From the NCBI RefSeq assembly GCF_032062105.1, contig NW_026930557.1, forward strand, positions 62,001 to 126,000: a stretch of DNA of 64,000 nt, given 5' to 3'. The notes below the pieces were generated by a model that worked only from the letters and a program-made list of their open reading frames with translations, was not told where the DNA came from and did no database searches. Shown in pieces: positions 23,376 to 37,134 of this stretch (position 1 is its first letter; each line of letters starts with the position of its first letter). The translations under genes were made by a program, and so were the position numbers. This DNA comes from Saccostrea cucullata (lineage: Eukaryota).

Positions 23376-25279
23376 TTAAAATGAAGGGCCACGCCTCTCA
23401 TTCAAGGAAAATATCTTCAGAATTAGTGAAAATTTGGTGGTATGTTTTTAAAAATCTTCTTCTCAAGAACCACTGTGCCAGGAAAGATTAAAAATTTTGG
23501 GGAAACATCCTCAGGTAGTGTAGATTAGTTTGTTCCAATCATGTCCCCAGGGGGTAAGGGCGGGGCCACAATGGCCGACCAAAGTTTTACATTGAAATAT
23601 ATAGTAAATTCTTTAAAAATCTTCTTCTTAAGAACAGCAAAGCCATAATTGCTAATATTTATATGGATGCATCCCCAGGTAGTGCAGATTCAAGTTTGTT
23701 CAAATCATGACCCCCGGGGGTAGGGCGGGGCCACAATGGCTGACCAAATTTTTATATTGAAATATATAGGAAAATTCTTTAAAAATTCTTTTTCTTAAGA
23801 ACAGCAAAGCCATAATTGTTAATATTTATATAAATAAATATGGAAGCATCCCCAGGTAGTGTAGATTCAAGTTTGTTCAAATCATGACCCCGGGGTAGGG
23901 CGGGGCCACAATGGCCGACCAAAGTTTTATATAGAAATATATTGGAAAATTCTTTAAAAATCTTCTTCTTAAGAACAGCAAAGCCATAATTGCTCATATT
24001 TATATGGAAGCATCCCCAGGTAGTGTAGATTCAAGTTTGTTCAAATCATGACCCCGGGGGTAGGGTGGGGCCGCAATGGCTGACCAAAGTTTTATATAGA
24101 AATATATAGGAAAATTCTTTAAAATACTTTTTCTCAAGAACAGCAAAGCCATAATTGCTAATATTTATGTGGAAGCATCCCCAGGTAGTGTAGATTCAAG
24201 TTTGTTCCAATCATGACCCCGGGGGTAGGGCGGAGCCACAATGGCCGACCAAAGTTTTATATAGAAATATATAGGAAAACTCTTTAAAAATCTTCTTCTC
24301 AAGAATAGCAAAGCCATAATTGCTCATATTTATATGGATGCATCCTCAGGTAGTGTAGATTCAAGTTTGTTCAAATCATGTCACCCGGGGGTAGGGAGGG
24401 GTCACTATGGCCGACCAAATATTTATATTGAAATATATAGGAAAATTCTTTAAAAATCTTCTTCTTAAGAACAGCAAAGCCATAATTGCTAATATTTATA
24501 TGGATGCATCCCCAGGTAGTGCAGATTCAAGTTTGTTCAAATCATGACCCCCGGGGGTAGGGCGGGGCCACAATGACCAAAGTTTTATATTGAAATATAT
24601 ACAAAATTCTTTAAAAATCCTTTCTTAAGAACAGCAAAGCCATAATTGCTAATATTTATATGGAAGCATCCCCAGGTAGTGTAGATTCAAGTTTGTTCAA
24701 ATCATGACCCCCGGGGGTAGAACTGTGCCAGAATGGCCGACCAAATTTTTACATTGAAATATATAGGAAAATTCTTTAAAAATTCTTTTTCTTAAGAACA
24801 GCAAAGCCATAATTGTTAATATTTATATAAATAAATATGGAAGCATCCCCTGAGGTAGTGTAGATTCAAGTTTGTTCAAATAATGTCCCCTGGGGGTAGG
24901 GTGGGGCCGCAATGGCTGACCAAAGTTTTATATTGAAATATATAGGAAAATTCTTTAAATTACTTTTTCTCAAGAACAGCAAAGCCATAATTGCTAATAA
25001 TATATGTGGAAGCATCCCCAGGTAGTGTAGATTCAAGTTTGTTCCAATCATAGGGCAGAGCCACAATGGGGAAGTTTTATATTAAAATATATAGGAAAAC
25101 TCTTTAAAAATCTTCTACTCAAGAATAGCAAAGCCATAATTGCTCATATTTATATGGATGCATCCTCAGGTAGTGTAGATTCAAGTTTGTTCAAATCATG
25201 TCCCCTAGGGGTAGGGCGGGGCCAAACGTTTGATTTTACACTTTTATATATTTCTACTTTTTCCTAGCCACAATGCTCG

Positions 25280-25312
<33 letters not shown>

Positions 25313-25371
25313 ATCTGATTTGTGGTTTTGTAGATATTGAGTTAGTTCGCGAACTTTTTGATTTACCCTTA
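22307..25371. mobile_element. Mariner-like non-autonomous element hosting a nested Helentron
   Basis: Left TIR TA|CGAGGGGTGATCAAAAAGTTCGCGAACTA; right TIR TAGTTCGCGAACTTTTTGATTTACCCTTA|TA. Confidence 0.75.
23210..25311 (+). mobile_element. Non-autonomous Helentron (HINE) carrying about 11 copies of a ~165-bp Cg170-like satellite
   Basis: 5' end TTTTAGCTCACCTGAGCCGAAGGCTCAAGTGAGC, then a GTC(C/T) microsatellite and tandem ~165-bp units (GCATCCCCAGGTAGTGTAGATTCAAGTTTGTTCAAATCATG). The 3' end is GGTGAGCGATGTGGCCCATGGGCCTCTTGTT with a palindrome. Inserted in a T-run. Confidence 0.85.
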
Positions 25372-26460
25372 TATATACACTGTATGAATTATATCCCATC
25401 ATCTCAGATTCAATAGTGGTCTTTTACAGACATAAAGAGTTGTGAAGTGAGATGAAAAGTTGTGAAACTCTCAAATGCTCTCTGAAAATATCTTCAGGAA
25501 ACAAACAGTGTCACTTTGAATTCTTATCTTGACTACTCTTGACCTTTGAACTTTTTACCCCAAAATCAAATTAAGGTATTAGATGTATAACAAGCATTGT
25601 TGAAGAATGAAATTTTACTTTATATTTCCTTATCTTTAGTGTTTTGAGGCTTTAATTCCAAAGTTACATAAAGTTTTGTCCAGACATATCTGATAAAAGT
25701 AGAATTTTCAGTATCATACCCCCGCTGTTTTAAACAGTGAAAAAATAAAGGAATTCTGTGAAATAAACTCATTTTCAGACTTAAATTTTACTTTAGATGA
25801 ACAAAAATAACACAGACGCTTCACAATAAAAGACTTTTTCTTCAAAAGTTACAATTAATTAATAAAATTTCCAGATTAAAATACGTTAATCAATGCTAAG
25901 TGTGTATTTCTTATAAAAACAATTAATTTTTAAATTTTTTTAATTAAAAAAAGAAAAGAGTGGGCTAAAAATTTCTTTGATAGAAAATGACTCTAATCAA
26001 TGTTGTACAAAAATAAAATACATAAAATATTTTTTACCAGGATATTTTATAATTAAGCATTTACTACCCCTTCCCCCAATTTTAGTATCCGTTTGCTGAC
26101 ACACAAATATAACTTTTCATTCTCAACACTATTAGTATGATTATGCCATACTTATATATTGATAAGTGTATAAAACAACATAAATAAATAAGCCTCATGA
26201 CATTTTTAACAATGTCCTTGACCTTTTAACCTTGAAAAAAAAAACAACATATTTATACACTTGTACAAGAACAATTCTGGGAGATGAAAAAAAAATGTAC
26301 ATGTAATCTTGTTCTTATATTAGTTTAAAAAAGTATGGTATTTTTTCCTCATATGTACAGAGAATTGCAAAAATCATGAAAATGAAATCAATTTAATATA
26401 AATATTTATTATGATACCCCCCTCCCCATCTATTTTTTTTCTCTATGAAATAAATACCTA

Positions 26461-26780
26461 GGGCCACACCAATTTAACTTCTTGTTCGTCGGACTTTTGA
26501 TGAAAAAAGTACGAGCGGGCTAGCGGTTAAATAATAATATTATTACTTTTTAGTAGGCAATTTTTTTAGACGGGGCATGAAAAAAATTGAGCGGAAAAAT
26601 TATATTTTTTCTGATTTGCAGAGTAAGTAGATAAAAAGTACGATAGATAGAGCGGAAATGCAACAGAAAACAGCACAGAATTCCTATGGTGCGGAAATTT
26701 TAAATTAATATTATTTTTATAGTTTTGTTTAAGTACCAGCGCGCGGGTCCGACGAACAAAAAATTTTATTGGTGTGGCCT
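26461..26780. mobile_element. MITE
   Basis: TIRs GGCCACACCAATTTAACTTCTTGTTCGTCGGAC ... GTCCGACGAACAAAAAATTTTATTGGTGTGGCC. Confidence 0.75.
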
Positions 26781-27544
26781 AGATTAAAAAACCAAAATGT
26801 GTTTTCCCTATTTTTTCTTCTTTTTTTAAATAATAGTAGAAATTATTTAGTCCTTAAAGTTTTGTTCTTTTTTTTTAAATTTTATTTTATTAATTTCCTC
26901 TCTGTTACGGGTATTTTATAAACCTTTAATTTAGAACCTGGAAGATTTTTTTTTTCATTTTGGAAACACAACCTTAGTATACAGTCATGTAGTTATACAA
27001 CAAAAAACATATGTTATGTCCAGAATATGTTTTTTTACATCAGAGAAAACTCAGGGAATTTTTTTTTTTGCAAACAAATGACAATGTGCATGTACCGATC
27101 TATATAGCTGTAACCGCGGTCTAGTTTAGTGAATTAACATGATTATAGATGCACACTTCCATGTGTTTCTTTACTATGTTTACTGAAAAACGACTAGAAA
27201 TAAAGAAAATCTGTTAAAATATTACATAGTTTAAAGAAATAAAAAAAAATTACCTCGTTTTCTCTACACATCGAAAGATGTGCTATTTTTAGAACATGGA
27301 AAAACCCAAGTATGTATTGTACTTTGAAAAAGATTGTTTATGCAGCAATTTGTCTAACAAAACTACTATATCATGGTTTTCTATCAATCTAACATTTGTT
27401 CTTTCCTCTGTTAAGTATATTTTTCTCATCTGATGGCATGAATAATGCCAGCGTCTATCAAGCCGTGTTGACGAAGATTTTTTGCTTGTTTAAACGGTCG
27501 ATAACTCTTAGACAGAAACAGTGTTACGACATCGGCAATCATCG

Positions 27545-27575
27545 GCAAACGCCGTCATTTTTACCGGAAGTGCCC
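27545..27575 (-). promoter_or_regulatory. Possible housekeeping promoter (ETS site CCGGAAGT), candidate ATXN7L3 start region
   Basis: CCGGAAGT at 27564-27571 in a CpG-richer patch. A candidate phase-0 donor (ATG TGT AGA GAA AAC GAG|gtaatt) lies near 27254. Confidence 0.3.
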
Positions 27576-27954
27576 TGTTATACATCTAAATCCTTAAAAT
27601 TATTTTGGAAATGCGAAAAAATGCCATTGCAAAAGGACTTTTGAGAATAGCGTTCGGAAACGATAGTATTACAGGCAGATAAAACGACATACACCCAAAA
27701 AGACGGACAGACAGATCCAAATTAATATCTTCGACTTCAGAGAAAACAGGAAACAATAATGGCCTATGACATCATGTAAGGATGGAGATGCATAACTTTA
27801 TGTGTTGGTTATTTCTTTATATGTATTGATCAAGAAGCAGTCCCCTTAAATGGTTTCTTTATTAACATATCATCATTATAGCATAAGCAATTTAATGAAC
27901 CCTTAAAAATGATTTTTTAAAAAAGATTTTAAAAAATATATATTGTCTGCTTAA

Positions 27955-30061
27955 TTAAATACGGCGGGGTACCGGAAGTACCTCTGTAAGTTTTTGATGG
28001 ACCCTGTACTTCCGGCTTGTAACTTTGAAAACACGATTAAATCGGTTTAAAGCGCCTAAAAACGGAAAGCGTTTCTTCTGGTATGCAAGTCTTCCTTCAA
28101 AGACAACTGCAATAATATTTTCAATTTCTTTGCTGGAGAAGAGAGACCATGCGTGTTTCATACCAAAAAGCACTTCATTTATGTCGTCACCATCTTTGGG
28201 CTTTGACAAGATCACTAATACTGAGCGGCTTTTCTTCATATTCTCAAAGTTGCACATCCCGAACATCCGCGTAGTCTCCATGAATTGGTGGAACAAAACA
28301 CTCGAACCCATTGTGTTGAAGATATCTAAAGATCTCAAGCACGTACTTAATAATATCTGAATTTGTATCGTCAAAAAGAACATAAACATCATAGGAATAA
28401 TGTACGTTTTTACTTTTTGTGAAAAGACTTTTTAGCATGATGGCATCAAACCTTAATACTCTGGCTATAAATATGGCGACTAAAGCTGTAGCAGGAATAA
28501 GAAGCAGAGTGAAAAAAGTTCTGTCGAATTCTTTTTCTATACAATTGTCAAACGTTATCTCAGCACGAAGAATACCATGTGAATCTGTTCGACACAGTAG
28601 AGGATTTGAACTATTGACCTTTGACCCTAATCTCCATGCTTTGATCCATTTTTCCTGACACGTACATGACACACTGTTTCGTCCAAACCAGACCTTACTA
28701 GCATCAATGTCTGCAAATCCTCGCGTGAGCTTTGGTAGACCGTGGTCCGTGAGGTATAGGCTTTCCAGATTTCCTAGCCTGGAAAGAACTGTGTCAGATA
28801 TCTCCGTGACCTGGTTCCCGGATAAGTCTAAGACACTGAGTTTCCTGAGATAGTTAACTGGCATTACTTCTGTAATCGCGTTGTTGCTGCAGTTCAGTTC
28901 TATGTTGTAAATAGTTTCAGGAAGATACGTTGGAAGACTTGTAAGATTTTGATTCGAACAGTCCACGATCATCCGATATCTACTAGGTTGCTCTATACAC
29001 GTACAGACAGACGGACAAAAATTTTGTTTGTGACATACAAACATGTCTAACAACGACGAATCATTAAATACATTTAAAACATTTAAATTCTTCAGATGCT
29101 CAGGTGATGAACAAGTATACAGACCGTCAATTGGTAAGTAATAAAATCTTTTAAACACCTCGATATCTCCGAACAATAGCGCTCCAAAATTACAATCGCA
29201 AGGGATGTCAAGTTTCTCATACGTCATTTTGCCAATTAGTTCGTACTGGTTTATATTTCGAAGCGACTCGATGCTAGATCCGAACAGTAGCTGGAAGGGG
29301 TGTTGATTCAGGGTAGAGTTGTTTAGAACCACCTCACCGCCACCATATTGCACCCCTGGTTGTAAGATACCTTCTGCTTTTGCAAAGGTTATATTACAGC
29401 TAGCCATTGTAATGTTACAGAAGGCCCTACGCTTAAAATAAACATTGGATACGTCATAAGATTCGAAATTATTGTTTGATAAATCCGTGAAAAAAATTTC
29501 TGTACCAGCCTTCATGAAAGTGTTTGGTCCTACAGTCTTTATGTTCGTATTGACTAGAAGAAGAACACGCAAGTTAGGCATACCAGAGAAAGTTTCATTT
29601 GTTATAGATGAAATGGGATTTTCACTTAAATCTAAAATGTCCAGAACATTCAAACAGTTAATTCCTTCAATACTTTGTATTCTGTTTCCTTTGAGCTTCA
29701 GAGTGACCAGTGTGTTGTTAAATTCACACAAGTTGTCTGGTAGCCTGCCCATTCTTTCATTTTCATGGACCAGCCAATAAAAGGAAGAAGAGTCATTTCC
29801 AACGATATTCGATCTTCCAAACGTATTCACGTACTCTACAAACAAGGGCAGATAACTAATACTTGGATCGAGCTGCCAGATAGGTTTTCCCTCGCAGGCG
29901 CAGCATCGGTCGTAATCGTCAGCCTCTCGGGGGAGACAGGAATTCGTACAGAGCAAGTTGGGCTTTTCCAGTCCAGATTCAGATTTCCAGCTGTGAAATT
30001 CATTTACACCAAAAACAAATGAAACAATATGAATGATGACCGTCACTTTTAAAACGTTCAT
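27955..30061 (-). CDS. Toll-like receptor (multi-cysteine-cluster type), intronless, with a frameshift in the TIR domain at ~28246
   Basis: Signal peptide, LRRs (LVTLKLKGNRI, LDILDLSENPI), LRR-CT IPCDC, second LRR-NT CPSVCTC, further LRRs, LRR-CT SCTC, transmembrane segment FFTLLLIPATALVAIFIA and TIR box1 YSYDVYVLF. The TIR C-terminal half (ENMKKSRSVLVILS...) continues in the +1 frame to the stop at 27955. Confidence 0.88.
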
Positions 30062-30689
30062 TGTATAAAAGAAGCTTCACACAAGCCAGTTTCTCTCTAC
30101 TCTTCTCTCTCTTTCTCTCTCTCTTGTGGACATTCGTTTAAATGAAAACATAAACTTTATACTTGGGAAAGACTTCCTCTAACCGATTCGTCCAATTATT
30201 TTATTTAAAGCTCTGCTATTGTTAAATATATCGATAATCTACAGACATGACTGTACGGATAAGCATCTTTATCACCACATATCACACCTTTCTAGAATCA
30301 AATTTCATCTTTTGAATGTACGAGCATGGTGGCTTTGAAACAATTCTTTACAATAGGGATGTCGTAAATTATAATCATCATTCACTGTGCTGGAACATGT
30401 TGAAGACTTCATTTTAAAATAACTTCTGATTGGCCAGAAATTGAGATCAAGATAGATAGTCATCTCGTATAACGCAGGAAGCAAAAACTCATGATTATTT
30501 TCAGCACTTCATACATTTGTTTAAATATCAGTTTAAAAAAATATTCTCACAAATAATCACCAATAATATTATTAAAGAGGCATGTATTTTAAATGAACTG
30601 ATGAAGTTTCGGTTCAAATACTCAGTATCAAGAGCACGAAAACTAGTGTTCCTGGTAACGCATGTCCCGCCGCCTATTTTGTATCTTAT

Positions 30690-31830
30690 TTCATGAAATA
30701 TGAAGATAACGAACAATATTCAAGATCAAATGTCCATAAAACATACAAAATAGGAGCGGAGCTAACACGGACCTCCAACACATCAGAGGTTGGATCAGGT
30801 GCCATGAAGAAGTGAGCATCCCCTGCCGACCGGTCACATCCGCCGTGTTCTTCTTGTCATGATCGGAAAATAACGGGAAAATCCGTCGTCAATTCAGTGT
30901 ATAAATAATGAACTAAGAATTGGTATATGAAAAACTTCATAGAGGATATTCAATGTTTTGTCGTTGAATATGGAATTTATTTCACGAGTGGGACAGGATT
31001 TTTGATATTTTCACGAGTGCGAAGCACGAGTGAAAATATCAAAAAATCCTGTCTCACGAGTGAAATAAATTCCATATTCAACTACAAAACATTGAATTTT
31101 CTGTTTATTACATTTTTTAAAAAAATTCTTTGATTTTTCCTATGTCTCTGTCTTTTTGTAATATACAGTCATAGGCTCGTGACGTCATAGTTGAGTGGTT
31201 GAGACGTCATAGCTAAGTGAGGTGAAAACACTGTAAACATGGATTTAGCAACATATTTTTGGTAATTTTGACAGTTTTATTCGCTGTCAGAATGGTTTAT
31301 TTATTTTCATCTATCTTATATTAGGTCAAGGAAGATTTTTTTTACAGCAATCTTCGTTATGGGAAGGGAAATCGAAAGTTTTCCCGCCCTTCTGATATTC
31401 GTCACACTGTGACAGGATATCATTTTGATATCCTTTCACACTGTGACAGGATATCATTTTTATTCAATGAATAAATCATAGTATTTCACGGGTAAAAATG
31501 TAATAAAGTCAGATATTTACTGATAAATTGTATTTGATGAAAAGGTCAATGTATCGACCAAAGAACTTACAAATGATGGATTTAAACGAGACTGCTGATA
31601 TTCTTGATTCATCAATTTTTTTGTCAATAATTTAGCCTTTTTTTAAATTGTTCATACGTAGAGCATGCATGCTCTTGCGTATCGAATCAACCGAGATATA
31701 TAAACTCGGTATGCAGGTGATAAATGTATTTTGTTGCAGAAGTAAGGGAAGATGAAGATTGAGGATAAAAATTAATCTAAGAGTTGTCAGCCATTTATTT
31801 ACTAATAGCACTATAGGTCATGGAAAGAAA
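30690..31830 (-). mobile_element. Degenerate retroelement remnant (Penelope-like/non-LTR RT C-terminus plus 3' tail), interrupted by a hairpin element
   Basis: The reverse strand at ~31770-31580 encodes FPYFCNKIHLSPAYRVYISRLIRYARAC...KLLTKKLMNQEYQQSRL, resembling the PAYGVYISQLIRYARAC motif of a common mollusc RT family. The shared 3' tail is at 30700-30850. Confidence 0.6.
30939..31507 (+). mobile_element. Long-hairpin non-autonomous element (Crypton-like), copy 1
   Basis: A 150-bp near-perfect palindrome at 30948-31097 centred on GCGAAGC (31019-31025), a short IR pair TTTATTACATTTT / AAAATGTAATAAA, and an internal tandem TCACACTGTGACAGGATATC. Homologous to 54734-55290. Confidence 0.75.
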
Positions 31831-33154
31831 ATATCATTTTAAAGATAACATGATGGCAATGGAATCGGAAAATCAAAGAAAATACGGTTCCCACACCCTC
31901 AAAGGAATACACGGACTCTTGGAAACTCCAGAGATGGAATGAGGTGCTTAGGAGTAGTAAGCATCCCCTATTGACCGGTCATAAATGCCTTCGAGCATTA
32001 TAGCTCCTATAATATATTTGCTCATATTGAGACCCCCCCTCCCCCTCAGCAACTGCTTGTAAATTTAAAAGATCTGAATTCGGCATGTATTGTCATCAAG
32101 AGACGGTTAAATGACCTTTTTCGAGCATCTACCGCGGTTTTACGTTCTCAGCCAAAGAGTCTCTCTCGTGTTCTGCAGTTGGAGTAATGATTTGCAAAAA
32201 AAACTATACTAGGAAGTTAGAGGTTGTGATTTTCCCGCCCAAAAGACGTGATTGTGTTGTAGTCCTTTACAAGTACAGTTTACCTGTAGGACAAGCGATA
32301 ACATGGCGTTACACATGTTACCTAAAACAATGTTCTCAAGCACCATGGTCTGACATTATCACCTCTTCTCTGCATGCTACTACTACCGGAACAGACGAGA
32401 CGAAAATATACAAATTATCAAAACGCGTCGCAGACGTCTGCTGATATTGTCCCATCGCTACAAGATAACACGGACCCATTGAAGTAAAAGAACTTGAACA
32501 GAAGTTGTTTTACCAACATACACGTCACTACCGTTATTATTACAAGTGTCTTTTTTGATATCATGATTATCTTGGTTCGATATTGTATAAGGACCTTTAT
32601 CATTTTGTTATGAGTGTTTTCTTCAGTAAATGATATCATTGTAAAGGTCAATCCAAAATTCTACATTTATTACGCAATTTGAGGACGGTCATCAAGATCG
32701 ACAAACAACAACGTGTCTTTGATATACTATGTTTAAATTCGCTATAAGTATGTATAGATATCAAAATCATGAATGCAAGAAAATTCTGAGCAAAGTTAAC
32801 AAACTTTAAGGTGCAAACAAAATGGATCCATACTCGCAACAAACTGCTGGTTTCTCCCAGTGATACCAGTGAAACCAACATTCCTATGCACATCAGCAAA
32901 TCCTATGCACATCTTCTCCCTGCATAGCTTTTCCATGGAGAATCAGTAAAAGGTTAACATTGAAATATTCATCAACATAATAAAAAAAAAATAAAAGTAT
33001 GTCTCTTGTAATAAAATTCTGCTGAAATAACACTCACAAATATTCTGAATTCCATAAAAATTCCAAAAAAGACTATTACTTAATTTATTTTTAAAAGTAG
33101 AAAATAAGAAAAAGGGAAAAAAGCAATCTATTAACAAAGTCTCTTCTCCCTCCA

Positions 33155-35180
33155 TACAAACGTATCTACTGAAGCATAATTTTGCTACATACAAACTTAT
33201 ACTATTTTGCTCCATACAAACTTATCTATACTATTTTGCTCCATACAAACGTATGTACATTATTTTGCTGAAAAACAAACGTATCTACATTATTCTGCTT
33301 CATCCAAACGTATCAACTTTATTTTGCTCCATACAAACGTATCTATATTATTTTACTGTATACAAACGTATCCACATTATTTTCTATGTACATTATTTTG
33401 CTGAAAAACAAACGTATCTACATTATTCTGCTTCATACAAACGTATCTACATTATTCTGCTTCATACAAACGTATCTACATTATTTTGCTTCATGGTAAA
33501 TTCATACAAACGTATCTAGTACATTATTTTTCTCCATACAAACGTATCTACATTATTTTGCTGAAAAACATACCTACATTATTCTGCTTCATACAAACGT
33601 ATCTACATTATTTTGCTTCATACAAACCTATCTACATTATTTTGCTCATACAAACATATCAATATCATTTTCCTGTATACAGACATATCTACATTAATTT
33701 ATTATAAACGTATATTCACTATTTTGCTTTTTACAAACGTATCTACACTATTTTGCTTCATACAAACGTATCTAGTATATTATTTTTCTCCATACAAACG
33801 TATCTACATTACTTTGCTTCATACAGTTGTATCTACATTATTTTGCTTCATACAAACGTATCGCATAATTTTGCTGCATTCAAACGTATCTATACTATTT
33901 TGTGCCATATAAGCATATGTACATAATTTTGCTTCATACAAACGTAACTACATAATTTTGCTTCATACAAACGTACTTACATTATTCTGCTTCCTATAAA
34001 CGTATCTACATTATTTTGCTTCATACAAACCTATCTACATTATTTTGCTCATACAAACATATCAATATCATTTTCCTGTATACAGACATATCTAAATTAA
34101 TTTTTTATAAACGTATATTCACTATTTTGCTTTTTACAAACGTATCTACACTATTTTACTTCATACAAACGTATCTAGTATATTATTTTTCTCCATACAA
34201 ACGTATCTACATTACTTTGCTTCATACAGTTGTATCTACATTATTTTGCTACATACAAACGTATCGCATAATTTTGCTGCATTCAAACGTATCTATACTA
34301 TTTTGTGCCATATAAGCATATCTACATAATTTTGCTTCATACAAACGTAACTACATAATTTTGCTTCATACAAACGTACTTACATTATTTTGCTTCATAC
34401 AAACGTATATACATTATTTTGCTCCATACAGACGAATCTACAATATTTTGCTGAAAAACAAACATATCTACATTATTCTGCTTCATACAAACGTATCTAT
34501 ATTATTTTGCTCCATACAAACGTATCTACATCATTTTGCTCATACAAACATATCAACATTATTTTCCTGTTTACAGAAGTATCTGTACTATTTTGCTTCT
34601 TACAAACGTATCTACATTATTTTGCTTCATACAAACATTTCTACATTATTTTGCTCCATAGAAACGTATCTACATTATTTTGCTGTATACAAACATATCT
34701 AAATTATTTTGTTGTATAAAAACGTATCTACACTATTTTGCTTCATACAAACGTATCTACACTATTTTGCTTGATACAAACGTATCTACATTATTTTGCT
34801 CCATGGAAACGTAACTACATTTTTTGCTTCATACAAACGTATCTATGCTATTTTGCTTCATACAAACTTATTCACATTATTTTGTGCCATACAAACGTAT
34901 TCACATTATTTTCCTCCATAGAAACGTTTCTTTAATATTTTGCTTCATACAAACGAATCAACATAATTTTGCTGCAAGCAAACGTTATTATGTATAATAC
35001 TAGTATTATGCTCCATTCAAACATAAATGCATTATTTTGCTCCATTCAAATGTATCAACATCATTTTGCTCATTATAAACGTATCTAGATTATTTTGCTC
35101 CATTCAAATGTATAAATTTACAACATTTTGCTCCAAACCAATGTATCTACAATATTAGTCTCCATATCTACAATATTTTG
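33155..35180. repeat. 29-bp tandem minisatellite with a ~400-bp higher-order duplication
   Basis: Unit CATACAAACGTATCTACATTATTTTGCTT. The block from ~33613 is repeated at ~34016. Confidence 0.93.
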
Positions 35181-35648
35181 CGTTTAAACCAAAAGCTCCA
35201 AAAGCCCGTTTTACAACAGAAATTAAGATCAAAATTAAATTTTGGGAATAACTTTCTCTTAATATGATATTGAAAATAATTTGAATCTTTTATTAAGGAA
35301 ATATTTTAATGTTACTAATATTTTTAGGGATTTATATATTTTGCAAGTTTTTACCCTCAACTAAAGTGTCCTAGTAACAAGGTCTTTTTTAAAACTAGTT
35401 TCTGCAGAACTTAGATAACCATGTTCTAAGACGCCGTAATTTTTTGCCCATTACATGATAGCGGTGAGATACCGATGTACTATAATCTATTCCATACAAC
35501 CCTTGAGTCAATATATAGATTATTTCAAGTGCATAATATTCCTCGATGTTTCCGTTCCACTTTAGACAATTATCATTGTATTCCTGCGTGATAACTGATA
35601 TATAGCACCGGTCGCCAAACCTTAGCGTTCATATTCCCAGATCTAAGG

Positions 35649-37134
35649 ATGGCAAGCAGTCTGGTGACCATGAAGAATCACACCGGTCCAGTCCCGGTTT
35701 CTGAGGACCCGGATGTATCCGACAGCGAGGATTCCCTGATGATAGACAGCGAGGAGGAGAATTCCAGCAGCACCGACCTCAGATTCAGGAAACCCGACCA
35801 CCCGGGATTTGAAAATTACGATAAATTCAGATTGTATATGGAAAATAAAAACACTCAAAGAAAAACAGACACAGATGTACGGATCGTCATCAGTTATTTA
35901 CGCTCGGTCGACGAAAACAGAAACCCAGAGGATGTTCCAGCGGCCGAACTCGACCGATATTTGTCGACATTTTTTACCATTGTGAAGAAACATGATGGGA
36001 ACGACTACGAGCCCGCGAGTCTGCGCGGGATGCTGTGTAGCATTGAACGTTACCTTAAAATGAAGAACTACGTCTCATCCGTCACCAGAGATGCTGCTTT
36101 TGTTGGCACCAGGCAGGCGCTCAAGTACAAACAACAACGACTCAGGGAAATCGGTAAAGGCATCAAGAAACCAAACGAGCCTGTTGGCAAACTGGGCTTC
36201 GATCGGATACACCAATTATTTTCCGAGCAAGAGATGGGGCCCCACACTCCGATGTCGGTCATTAACACTCTATGCTTCGTCATCATAGTTCACTTCAGAC
36301 TAAGAAAAGCCATAGATCATAAGAATTTACAGTGGGGAGACATAGGGTTAAAGACAGATGGTAAAGGAAATGAGTACCTAGTGTATCAACCAATGTCAGC
36401 ATCAAATCAGAGTTATAAAGCAAACAGAGCTGCTGCCGTAAAACTGTGTATCTGGAGCAGACCCGAACTAAAGGACAGAGACCCTATAAGTATTTATAAA
36501 CTTTACTCCCAAAAAAGACCACCTAGCATGCAGCACGAGAACTCTCCTTTCTACCTGGGAATCACAACCATCAACCCAACTCCGATGCAATGCTGGTATC
36601 GAACATGTGCTATGGGGGTCAATAAACTGAGTGATTTAGTGCGCATGATCCGCAGCATTACTGGACTTCCGCGTACTACACTCGATGGATCAACTGAGAG
36701 CATCCTGTCCGCCAACTTCTCCATTCCGTCCACGAATGATCGTCTTCCGTATTCATACACGCCTATTACACCAGTTCCAAACTTCACCCCCATCAAACCT
36801 AAAGCTGAATTACTGGAGGCGTCCACAGAGGAAAACAGTCTGACGGAGACGATCAATGACGCGGAGGATGCCTCCCGTTCCGTGTGTCTGTCTGCCTCGG
36901 CGAGTCCTCTCTCACAGTCTGACAGCGACTCCCTTGTCAGCAATGAAGGCAAGGGTACGTATACCAAACAAAATCACACACAATGATGGGTGATGTGCAC
37001 AATGATGAAATGATAATTTTTGCGCTAAAACAGCTACATTGCTGTTTTCTAAGCATTATTGAATTACAGTATGAAACGATTTTCATTTTAAATTTACCAT
37101 TTTAAGTCTACCAAGTAATGAAATGTACGTTTTT

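Noticed and set aside
23185-25066. Short ORFs in the ~165-bp repeats
   Set aside because: They are satellite sequence within a non-autonomous Helentron, with no Rep or helicase motifs.
32187-33215. Several 77-90 aa hydrophobic ORFs upstream of the TLR
   Set aside because: No recognisable domain or consistent splice structure. A decayed gene is possible but cannot be supported.
33207-34935. Multiple Tyr/Ile/His-rich ORFs
   Set aside because: They are frame-rotating translations of a 29-bp minisatellite.
35649-36986. Active Crypton transposon
   Set aside because: It lacks the HxxR box and catalytic Tyr, splices to an unrelated exon, and has no element ends nearby.
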